Assembly: GCA_963662405.2 (NCBI GenBank)
Contig: CAXXKT010000001.1
Location: 256,001-320,000, forward strand
DNA from: Syntrophales bacterium
GTDB taxonomy: Bacteria; Desulfobacterota; Syntrophia; Syntrophales; UBA2210
Direction of reading: 5' to 3'
Length of the DNA stretch: 64,000 nucleotides
Positions 43,123-51,711 of this stretch are shown here, piece by piece. The position numbers and the translations under genes are program-made. How positions within the stretch are numbered: position 1 is the stretch's first letter; the number at the start of each line of letters is the position of its first letter. The notes below the pieces were generated by a model. It ran no database searches and had not been told where the DNA came from. It saw nothing but the letters and a program-made list of their open reading frames with translations.

Positions 43123-43243
43123 CTTTTCTCCTCCTTAGTGCTCATTGGATTGTGAATCCTGCTTCCTTAAACCTTAGTCGATTAGATTAATGTTTTTAAC
43201 TATAAGCATGAACAAGTAATATAAAAAGTTGGTGATGGGGCAT

Positions 43244-43417
43244 AAAAAAACCCCATCTCTCATTTTGAGAAACAGGGCTTTGATGATCAGACCATAATCC
43301 ACTCCTTGGTTACAGCTGTTCACAAGCAAAAAGAATCAAGATCAAAATCGCTACTTAGTTAGCTCTATGATGATGTATTGTCAAGATATTTTACGATGAG
43401 ACTTTCGAACGGTAATC
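43244..43417 (-). repeat. Repeat A copy 1 (TTGACA, leader, intrinsic terminator)
   Basis: Aligns along its length with 50383-50563 and 60720-60898. Confidence 0.9.
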
Positions 43418-43485
43418 CCCAGTAGTGCCCCCTGATCAAAATCATTTGTTAGTAGGTGTAACAAATGGCGAGAGAACATTGCTAA

Positions 43486-43722
43486 TCATTCATCCTTGTG
43501 AATGGCATCAGCAAGCATGATCAGTCTCAGAAAATACTCGGGATCCACTTGAGCCGCTTCATACTGCTGGCGAGCCATCAGATGTTCGTTCTCTTGGTAG
43601 AACTGCTCCACAAGCTGCAGGTACTCTTCCCTTCCCTCCGTGAAATCTTCACCCTTAAGGCTTTGCACCTTTGCCAGGATACCCAAGGTTTTCTGCAACA
43701 TATGGGCTGTTTTTTCGGGCAT
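43486..43722 (-). CDS. Hypothetical protein
   Basis: ORF with GAGG RBS. Confidence 0.55.
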   Translation of the reverse strand: MPEKTAHMLQKTLGILAKVQSLKGEDFTEGREEYLQLVEQFYQENEHLMARQQYEAAQVDPEYFLRLIMLADAIHKDE

Positions 43723-43905
43723 AAAAAAGTCCTCGATTTAGGAGATGATGGGAGTAAAATTTACTTCAACGCCTCCTGATCATGGAAGTGTTTGCCTGGC
43801 AGAAGCCCCGGAATTTCAAAAACCCTCTTCAGCCTGGGGTTTCTGTGTGTTTGACTGATACCATCTTTCCACATACAACACTCATGGCGCTGAGAAGTAT
43901 CTTTC

Positions 43906-44088
43906 CTATGCATTTCGTTTGCTCTCATACTCGGCCTGGACCTCTTTGAGCTTGGAGTAAAATTCCTCTTCCGAAATGATGCCTTTCTCAATAAGAAGTT
44001 GGGCAAGGGTATCTGTCTGGATTGCATTGATCAGAACAAATTCTTCAAAGGATATTTCATTCTCTTTGGATTCCGCTTTTTCTGTCAT
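43906..44088 (-). CDS. Small hypothetical protein
   Basis: AGGAG RBS; LLIEKGIISEEEF. Confidence 0.6.
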   Translation of the reverse strand: MTEKAESKENEISFEEFVLINAIQTDTLAQLLIEKGIISEEEFYSKLKEVQAEYESKRNA

Positions 44089-44106
44089 CCACTTCTCCTT
44101 AATAAG

Positions 44107-44943
44107 TTAATTGAAATTTGTCTCAGCCCAACTTCTATGTATTGCTCCTTCAATCTCTTCTTCCTTTTCGTCGGGAAGGGTTCTTAGAAAATCAAGACCT
44201 GTTTTTGTCTCAATGCTATTGATCGTAGAGAGATGATCGATTACTGCATCATTTCTCGGTGTCTCTTGGTCAAAGATGAAGCTTGCCGTCCGGATGGAAT
44301 CGATGTCCTTGTCTGGTTGTATCACGATGATCTTCCAGTAGCCCGACGGAATCTTGTGACTTTCATCTGCTCCGGGTAGGGGTGTCATTTCTCTTTCATA
44401 TAGCGGCCCTGTCATCACATAAACAACATTACCTGCCCTCGCAAGGTCACGCACTTTTTCTTCAAGCTTCTTCCAGGGCCCCTGGTTGAGGCTTGCCTTT
44501 TGTGGGGTTATATTTGAAAGCATGTTTGTATCAGCCCATTGCTGTGTTCCCTTGAAGCTTGCCAAAGGAGCCTGATGCCCCCGGTCTACATGCAGGGCAG
44601 CATGTGCGCCCGTATAATCCAAAGGTTCCAATGTCTCACCATCATCCAACCACGGATCAGCTTTCCATTGCCTTGAGGTTTCCACGTCTCCGGTGACGGT
44701 TTCTTTATCGAGACGATAGCAGACCCAATCTGACATTTTGGTCACATCATTTGATGACAGTGCGTAGATATCACGTATGATGAGATCATTGCTCAGTGGG
44801 GTGCCGGTTGGGTAGCCGTGGATGAAATGCTTGCAGTGTATCTCGGGATAGTCGACAGCTTGGACGCCAGGCGGGGAAACGAATATGAGAGCAACAACAA
44901 AGAGACACGTAAAGATGCAAAAAAATGGTTTTCGAGCACTCAT
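44107..44943 (-). CDS. Secreted DNA/RNA non-specific endonuclease (NucA-like)
   Basis: Signal peptide; DRGHQAP, SNITPQ, LNQGPWKKLE. Confidence 0.92.
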   Translation of the reverse strand: MSARKPFFCIFTCLFVVALIFVSPPGVQAVDYPEIHCKHFIHGYPTGTPLSNDLIIRDIYALSSNDVTKMSDWVCYRLDKETVTGDVETSRQWKADPWLDDGETLEPLDYTGAHAALHVDRGHQAPLASFKGTQQWADTNMLSNITPQKASLNQGPWKKLEEKVRDLARAGNVVYVMTGPLYEREMTPLPGADESHKIPSGYWKIIVIQPDKDIDSIRTASFIFDQETPRNDAVIDHLSTINSIETKTGLDFLRTLPDEKEEEIEGAIHRSWAETNFN

Positions 44944-44956
44944 TGTAATCCCTCCT

Positions 44957-45304
44957 TTAAAGGCTTCTCCTTACTCTCTTCATGAAGGCGCCAGACCTGC
45001 TCTGAGTGGTGCATGATGTCAATTCGCCGTTGAGCTTGGCCCGCGCCTGTGAGGAGAATTTGAAAGAAACAACCCTCCGGGGTTCAATGATGATATCCTC
45101 TCCCGTTTGCGGGTTCCTCCCGTTTCTGGCTTCCTTGTCGATGAGGAAGAATTTCCCGAAGCCACTGATCTTCACTTCTTCACCCTTCTCAAGAGATTGC
45201 TTCATGATCTCCAAGACGGATTCTACCAGCTCTTTCGATCTGCTCTTAGGAAAGCCCAACTCTATTTCGATTAATTGAGCGATATCTTCTTTTCTCAGGG
45301 CCAT
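44957..45304 (-). CDS. IHF-alpha/HU family DNA-binding protein
   Basis: VKISGFGKF, GRNPQTGE, RRVVSFK. Confidence 0.92.
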   Translation of the reverse strand: MALRKEDIAQLIEIELGFPKSRSKELVESVLEIMKQSLEKGEEVKISGFGKFFLIDKEARNGRNPQTGEDIIIEPRRVVSFKFSSQARAKLNGELTSCTTQSRSGAFMKRVRRSL

Positions 45305-45335
45305 GGGAAAGATACCTCCTTTTACGATAATGTTG

Positions 45336-46607
45336 TTACGACACGCGGGGTAGCTGGTCCCAGTTGGTGGTATAGGAAGGTGAGCGCCACTCGGCCACCG
45401 TTTTCCATTTTTGGTTTGTAGTGGAACCCGTGGCGGCGTATCTGACTGTATTCGACCCGAATCGACGGTTGATACTGTCGAAGGCTCGCATGATCTCGTT
45501 GGAGTGTTTCTCTCGATTTTCAGCAAAGAGCGTCATCTGGGTATGGCTGTCGGAGGTCAGATCTCTGAAGACGACCCCTGCCTTTTTGTACCGGTACCCC
45601 TCCCGGTAGATCATGTCGAGAGCCTTGTGCGCGTACCGGATCAACTCCGTGGTGTTACTGGTGGCAAAGGGGAGGCGTATGGTCTCCATGTTGAAGAACC
45701 GGGATTCGCGGTGGTAGGGATTGGTCATCAGAAAGACCACGAGGATATTCGCCTCGAGGTGTGCCGCCCGCAGCTTCTCCGCCGCCCGGGATGTGAAGGC
45801 GGCTACCGCCTCGCCCACATCGGTTCGGCCCCCCAGAGGATGCTTGAACGACCGGGAGACGGTGATCTCTTTCTTGGGTGGTGGAGACTCTTCCAAGGGG
45901 TAGCATGATGCCCCTCTGAGCTCCTGGAGGATTCGAAGGCCATTTACCCCCATCTTCTTTCGTATTATCTCTTCAGGGGCATCACGAAGCTCCAGGGCGT
46001 TATTGATGCCAATGCCTCTGAGAAATGCAGCATACCTCCGTCCGATGCCCCATATGTCTCCTACTTCTGTCATGGCCAGAGCAGGAGACAGGTAGGGTGA
46101 ATCTGTCAGATCCAGAACTCCACCAGCCTTTTGAGATTTTTTAGCGATACGGTTCGCTATCTTCGCAAGGGTTTTGGTTTTCGCGATGCCGACGGAGACG
46201 GGGATGCCGGTCCACCTCCGGACCGTGGAACGTATCGATCGGCCGTAGTCGGTCAGACCCCGTCTCCGGAAGCCTGACAGGTCCAGGAAAGCCTCGTCGA
46301 TCGAATATATCTCAATATCGGGGGTGAAGCGCGAGAGGGTCTCCATCACCCGCTGTGACATATCGCCGTACAGGGCGTAGTTGGAGGAATAGACGTGCAC
46401 ACCGTGGGCCTTGATCAGGTCCCGAACCTTGAACAGGGGGACACCCATCCCGATACCGAGGGCCTTGGCCTCGTTCGACCGGGCAATGATGCAGCCGTCG
46501 TTGTTGGAAAGAACCACAACGGGCTCTCCTGTAAGCCGGGGATTGAATACCCGCTCGCAGGACACATAAAAGTTGTTGCAATCAACCAGTGCAAAGGTGG
46601 GTGACAT
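45336..46607 (-). CDS. umuC: Y-family DNA polymerase V catalytic subunit
   Basis: [31 protein letters not shown]. Confidence 0.95.
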   Translation of the reverse strand: MSPTFALVDCNNFYVSCERVFNPRLTGEPVVVLSNNDGCIIARSNEAKALGIGMGVPLFKVRDLIKAHGVHVYSSNYALYGDMSQRVMETLSRFTPDIEIYSIDEAFLDLSGFRRRGLTDYGRSIRSTVRRWTGIPVSVGIAKTKTLAKIANRIAKKSQKAGGVLDLTDSPYLSPALAMTEVGDIWGIGRRYAAFLRGIGINNALELRDAPEEIIRKKMGVNGLRILQELRGASCYPLEESPPPKKEITVSRSFKHPLGGRTDVGEAVAAFTSRAAEKLRAAHLEANILVVFLMTNPYHRESRFFNMETIRLPFATSNTTELIRYAHKALDMIYREGYRYKKAGVVFRDLTSDSHTQMTLFAENREKHSNEIMRAFDSINRRFGSNTVRYAATGSTTNQKWKTVAEWRSPSYTTNWDQLPRVS

Positions 46608-46624
46608 GATCAATACCGATGATA

Positions 46625-47050
46625 CTACAACGGATGGATTACGTTGGTGACCACGCCCCATACTTCGAAGTCCATCTCTTCTTCGATCTGGAGGGGCTGG
46701 TACTCCCTGTTTTCTGAAATCAGGACCACCTTCCCCTTGGTGACCCGGATCCTCCTCACGGTCAGTTCACCGTTCACCACGGCAATGACGACCTTCTTAT
46801 CAACGGGCTTGAGGGAACGGTCGACGATCAGGATGTCTCCGTCGTGGATTCCAGCATCGATCATGGAGTTTCCTGTCACCTTCACGAAGAAGGTCGCTGC
46901 GGGGTGCTTGATGAGGTACTGGTTCAGATCGAGGTTCCCCTCGATGTAGTCTTCCGCGGGGGAGGGAAATCCCGCCGAAACCGGTACCAGAAAGAGGGGG
47001 CGCTTACATTCTGTCGACTGGTCCGGTTGGTATATGGCTGTTACTTTCAT
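46625..47050 (-). CDS. umuD: DNA polymerase V accessory subunit
   Basis: [13 protein letters not shown]; the expected catalytic Lys position reads Arg (TVRR). Confidence 0.92.
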   Translation of the reverse strand: MKVTAIYQPDQSTECKRPLFLVPVSAGFPSPAEDYIEGNLDLNQYLIKHPAATFFVKVTGNSMIDAGIHDGDILIVDRSLKPVDKKVVIAVVNGELTVRRIRVTKGKVVLISENREYQPLQIEEEMDFEVWGVVTNVIHPL

Positions 47051-47273
47051 GGCTGCGTATCATATAAGATGTGTTGCCATTTCTCAATCGGATACTTGAT
47101 TCATGTTCCGCCTACCGTGAGTCACGGGTTGAAACTCCCCTGAGATGAGCTTTCGCCTTTTCCCCCAAATAATTGCCTTACAACCTTAGCAAACTACCCG
47201 TAAATAGCTTGCGCGACAACCTTCAAACGATTATGTTTCTATTCAAGGCACATCCTTTTTTCGGGAGAAGAGT

Positions 47274-47645
47274 ATGAACAGAAAACCAACCATTACCATT
47301 ATGGCAGATTACGGCAATGGCCCGTATGCGTGGATACGAGAACTGGGATCGCCCGAACGCTCAATTGGGCCATGCCTTGCCGATGCTATCTGTGGATTTC
47401 CTGAAGAATTCGGTGTTTCCAAAGAACTTGAGAAACAATTTGCTGAGTGGGTCACAGAATTTGAAAGAGACTGGAGAGATCACAATATTACCGATTGGGA
47501 AGAATGGAACCAGCGGGGAATAGATCTTTCCAAAAAACTCAAAAGGGAATTCGGAGATAAATTCCTTGTGAAGTATCACTATCCTCATGAAGATCCGAGG
47601 TTTGATGGCGATCCGCCACGTTTTGAAATAACCGATCAAATATAG
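47274..47645 (+). CDS. Hypothetical protein
   Basis: Clean ORF with purine-rich RBS. Confidence 0.6.
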   Translation: MNRKPTITIMADYGNGPYAWIRELGSPERSIGPCLADAICGFPEEFGVSKELEKQFAEWVTEFERDWRDHNITDWEEWNQRGIDLSKKLKREFGDKFLVKYHYPHEDPRFDGDPPRFEITDQI

Positions 47646-48462
47646 TTGTCACACCTATCGCCGTCTCTCTCCTACAGGCTTCTCCATGGCTGCTTGGGAC
47701 ATCGGCATCTTGCGAACACACTCGTCCTTCAGTTTCCACTCGCCGTTTGTGTTTTTTGACGAGTCTTGAATACCAAACGATCCCGTCCTTTACCACACTC
47801 TCAATATCGGCTGTTTGTTTTCCTCGGGTATATTGGTCTCCATTTTTGCCATATGGTTTAACTCCTGATCCTTCTTCGGTGACAATATTTTCAATCCTCG
47901 CTCCCACACAAGAGAAGGTCTTGAACGGTATGCCAAGGAACTTCTAGGAGATAGTCTTAATCAGCCCGCCTTAGAGGTTGTCGAAAAGGCTTCTGACTTT
48001 CCCTCTGATACGCTCGATAATGCCAATGGAGCTTATCGGGTCGGGACTATGTACCCGGTTGCGGAGCAGATCACGTTCCCGGAAGATGCAAACGAAGTCA
48101 CCTTCCATGGACTTGTCGGCCACTTCGGATTGCGTGGTTTTTTCGGTTTGGCCCTCAACGATGCTCTTCTCGATATCCATACGAACAACCCTCTCGTAAA
48201 AAAATATGCGGCAGAAAGGAGGTGTAGGACCGATCTGGCCAGTAGATGAGGCTTCACTTGAAACCACGAATGGAGCATGACAAGTGGGCTCCAATTGCCC
48301 ACGGTGAGAGGCTCCACCCGAGGCTTCATGAATCCTGTATGCTATGATCGCCAGATTGTCAAGGCGGCAGATATTTTGTTCTCACATGGTTTTGAATTTT
48401 TGCGAGGATCCATTTTCATCCTGCCTTGCTTGTGCGATCTTCGTCTGTGATGCAGTAGTTGG

Positions 48463-48738
48463 CTACTCTTCCAGGCTGTCCAGGAATTCCGTCATGTGGG
48501 CTGTCGAGATCTCCCTTGCTGTCATCTTCAGCATGTTCAGAGCCCTCGCCCTCTCGATCGGATCCTCGGGCAGATTGTTCTTCTGCACCATCTGATCGAA
48601 TATCGTCTCTTCCTGCTCGATCGCCGTCTCCACCGTCTCGGTCAGGAAGGCTCCCATCTTCTTCTCTGCCTTCAGCGCGTCCCCCGCCTTCGGGTTCGTT
48701 TTCTCCAAGTGGGCCTTGGCAATTTCCCTGTAACGCAT
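48463..48738 (-). CDS. Hypothetical helical protein, possibly TnpV-like
   Basis: Pattern HL....P..L....L.E..E.A......QM......D..E.....N......EI; similarity judged by eye. Confidence 0.45.
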   Translation of the reverse strand: MRYREIAKAHLEKTNPKAGDALKAEKKMGAFLTETVETAIEQEETIFDQMVQKNNLPEDPIERARALNMLKMTAREISTAHMTEFLDSLEE

Positions 48739-48996
48739 CGTTCTTCCCCCTTACTTCTTTTTCGGATAGCTTTGCTTGAGAGCTTCCTCGTACAAGCGCC
48801 CGCTCTCTTTCAGCGATGCGGGTTTCTGCTTCTTGGATATGCTCCTCTGTGAGCTTCGCGTCTCTTTGAGATCGTTCCCCTCTTTCTATACCATGATAAG
48901 CAATCCCCGTTAATTTGTAAAATATAGATTGGTCTGAAACGATGATATTGCCGTTCTCACGAACAAAAACAAGAGCATAGGACGATGAGGGGTGGA

Positions 48997-49062
48997 GTTA
49001 ATGATTATTGAAGTAACCGTATGGGATTACTTCAATCATAATTTTATCAAGTTCAAGAAGAA
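48997..49062 (+). repeat. Repeat B copy 3 (no attC upstream)
   Basis: gttaatgattattgaagtaaccgtatgggattacttcaatcataattttatcaagttcaagaagaa. Confidence 0.8.
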
Positions 49063-49189
49063 CAGTACAACAAGGGAACAGTTCTGCCCCTCCTACAGCA
49101 AAACTCCTACCTTTCACCTTGTGTTCTAAAAGAAGATCAGGGGGTATAAGAGACCTTGAGACACTGGGGTAAAATAGGGGAGAGTGAAT

Positions 49190-50355
49190 CTGTATTTCAC
49201 CTGATGCCAGAGAGCATGATTTGTAGAGTAGATCCTCTTCCCACAGCTTTGTTCAATAACTCGTACGGTATCATAAACCTTCTCAGATGGGAATGAGTTT
49301 GCACTTGCAAGGTTGATTCGAACGAAGCTATTTTACTGGAGATTAGATTAATGTACGAGGGAGTATTGTAGTATGTCAGTATCGGTTCTTGGGATAGATA
49401 TCGCAAAACAGAAATTCGACGTTGCACTTCTTGTAGAGGGGAAGACAAAACACAAAACCTGCAAAAATACGGTGGAAGGTTTTGAGACACTGACGATCTG
49501 GCTGGAGAGACAGGGAGTTCATAAGGTACATGCCTGCCTTGAGGCGACCGGCAACTATGGAGAGGAATTGGCGATCTATCTCCATGAAACCGGCCATGTG
49601 GTCAGTGTTGTCAATCCCGCTCGCATCAAAGGGTTTGGCCAAAGCGAGTTGATTCGCACCAAGACAGATAAGATTGATGCGGGTTTGATTGCCAGATTTT
49701 GCTTGGCTATGAGACCAGATTCTTGGAGTCCGCCCTCACCGGAGATAAGAGCCCTGAGAGCATTGGTCAGGCGGGTTGACAGCCTGATCGACATGCGAAG
49801 TAAGGAGAAGAATCGGATCAGGACGGCACATGAATCAGTCATCCCATTGATCCAAGAACACATTGACTACCTTGGCAAAGAAATAGAGAAGGTCAGGAAT
49901 CAGATCGCCGATCTGATTGATCAGGATCCAAACCTGAAAAACAAGAAAGATCTTTTACTTTCCATTCCCGCTATTGGCACGGCAACCATTCCTCACATCC
50001 TGGCAGAATTGGATGATCTGGACAAATTCAGTCATGTGCGCGAAATAGTGTCATTCATTGGGCTTGCACCACGGGAAACACTTTCCGGATCGTCTATTAA
50101 AGGCAAACCAAGGTTATGTAAGATCGGACATGCTCGACTCAGAAAAGCTCTGTATATGCCTGCACTGGTATCGATCCAATGTAATCCCGTTATGATTGCT
50201 TTTTATAATCGCCTTAAAGAGAAAGGAAAAAACGGGAAAGTGATTGTCTGTGCCATAATGAGGAAGCTGGTGCACCTTATCTTTGGAATCCTGAAATCCG
50301 GCAAAAAGTATGACCCAAATTATAAACCAGCTTTCGCTTGACAAGAACGGTATCT
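49190..50355 (+). mobile_element. IS110-family element with CT core and left-end non-coding region
   Basis: CT|gtatt at left, acggtatCT at right, no inverted repeats. An alternative left CT is at 49201-49202. Confidence 0.8.
49373..50341 (+). CDS. IS110 DEDD recombinase
   Basis: GIDIAK, LEATG, KTDKIDA, SGSS, LRKALYMPA, MRKL. Confidence 0.95.
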   Translation: MSVSVLGIDIAKQKFDVALLVEGKTKHKTCKNTVEGFETLTIWLERQGVHKVHACLEATGNYGEELAIYLHETGHVVSVVNPARIKGFGQSELIRTKTDKIDAGLIARFCLAMRPDSWSPPSPEIRALRALVRRVDSLIDMRSKEKNRIRTAHESVIPLIQEHIDYLGKEIEKVRNQIADLIDQDPNLKNKKDLLLSIPAIGTATIPHILAELDDLDKFSHVREIVSFIGLAPRETLSGSSIKGKPRLCKIGHARLRKALYMPALVSIQCNPVMIAFYNRLKEKGKNGKVIVCAIMRKLVHLIFGILKSGKKYDPNYKPAFA

Positions 50356-50382
50356 ACTACTGCTCAGAACAATCCCAAAAGA

Positions 50383-50563
50383 AAAACGATGATTACTGAT
50401 TGAAAGTCTCATGGTGAAATCTCTTGACAATACATCATCATAGAGTTAGCTAAGTGAAAGTTTGATCTTGATTTTTTCTGCTTGTGAAGGGCTATACCAA
50501 AAGGTGGATTATGGCCTGATCATCAAAAGCCCTATTTCTAATAAAGAGAGATGGGCTTTTTTT
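50383..50563 (+). repeat. Repeat A copy 2
   Basis: TTGACA at 50424-50429; terminator agccc.atttct..agagatgggct + T7. Confidence 0.9.
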
Positions 50564-50594
50564 GTGAGTAGCTTAGAAAATATGGGGGCTACTT

Positions 50595-50617
50595 AAACGC
50601 AGAAAACACTGTTAGGC
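50595..50617 (+). other. attI-like crossover site and start of cassette 1
   Basis: agAAAACActG|TTAGGC resembles the attI1 core (ctAAAACAaaGTT). GTTAGGC is complementary to GCCTAAC of the next attC. Confidence 0.6.
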
Positions 50618-50629
50618 AATTAAGACAAA

Positions 50630-51607
50630 ATGGATTTCGACCAACTTAGACGCGATCTTCAATGGCTTCGAGGTGAGGACGGTGTCGTTCCAGCCAAAGA
50701 AGCAGTGAATGTATTAAGCCGACTCCTCGGCCCACTACTGGCAGAGGAAGGCTTGAATCTTTTTGAGCCAGATGGCCCAGAGTTAGGCGTCGATTTATTC
50801 GCCGGTCCTCGTGACGATGACGACGATGGGGTTAGATATAGGGCTTCGGTTGCAATAGAATATAAGCATCACGGCAAAGGGAAGCCGATTGATGTTGATG
50901 CGATCGATCAACTTACAGCAAACATAGGTAAAAGCCGATATGACCGAGCAATGCTGATTGGGCGTTTTGGCTTTACCGAAGCTGCAGTGCAAGCGGCACG
51001 TTTTCGAGAACCTGTAGCTATTGAGCTTTTGGACCTTGCAGGAATCGATGCTTGGATTCGGCGTCTGGAGGTTGGAAAGCCCGCATATGCAGAGCAAGTA
51101 CAAGTCTTGATCAAGTCAATCAGCCATGAGTTTGCAAAGCTTGTTTCCGAAACGCCCGATGCACTTGATTACCTCGAATGGCGCGATCTAGAACGGATGA
51201 TGGCACGTGTAATGGAAGGTTTGGGATTTGAATGCGAACTTACACCTCCGAGTAAAGACGGTGGTAAAGATCTGATCCTGGTTTGGAGGACAATTTCTGG
51301 TGAGCAATCCTTCATTGTTGAACTAAAACACTGGAGGTCTGGTAAACGTGTCGGAAAGAAGTCAGTTTCTGATTTTATGAGTGTAATTGTAGCCGAGAAT
51401 CGAACTGGAGGCCTGTTTTTATCCACATCAGGCTACGCTGCCGACAGGACAGAGGGGTTGACCGAAGTTACACGTGATAAACTGTGGTTTGGAGCGAAAA
51501 GCAAAGTAGTCCTTCTTGCGAAAACATACATTCGAGCGTGCAATGGGTTGTGGTCGCCACCGGATATTTTGCCAGAGGTGCTTTTCGAAGGGACAGAAAC
51601 AGCCTAA
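50630..51607 (+). CDS. Tandem Mrr-like restriction endonuclease (gene cassette)
   Basis: Two PD-(D/E)xK motifs: GVDL...IEYK and DGGKD...VELK. Confidence 0.85.
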   Translation: MDFDQLRRDLQWLRGEDGVVPAKEAVNVLSRLLGPLLAEEGLNLFEPDGPELGVDLFAGPRDDDDDGVRYRASVAIEYKHHGKGKPIDVDAIDQLTANIGKSRYDRAMLIGRFGFTEAAVQAARFREPVAIELLDLAGIDAWIRRLEVGKPAYAEQVQVLIKSISHEFAKLVSETPDALDYLEWRDLERMMARVMEGLGFECELTPPSKDGGKDLILVWRTISGEQSFIVELKHWRSGKRVGKKSVSDFMSVIVAENRTGGLFLSTSGYAADRTEGLTEVTRDKLWFGAKSKVVLLAKTYIRACNGLWSPPDILPEVLFEGTETA

Positions 51608-51663
51608 CAAGGCTCTTTCAGCGGATCGCAAAAAGCCGCGCCCGCTGAAGAGCAGCGTTGGGT
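51602..51663 (+). other. Integron attC site
   Basis: GCCTAAC..gctct(t)tcagcgg...ccgctgaagagc..GTTGGGT; the stop codon lies in R''. Confidence 0.92.
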
Positions 51664-51711
51664 GTCATGCAATGTCAGTGGCAACCCCAACAAGGACTAT
51701 ACAGAGGCTAA

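Noticed and set aside
47051..47140. LexA box upstream of umuD
   Set aside because: Only a partial GAAC half-site; no convincing palindrome
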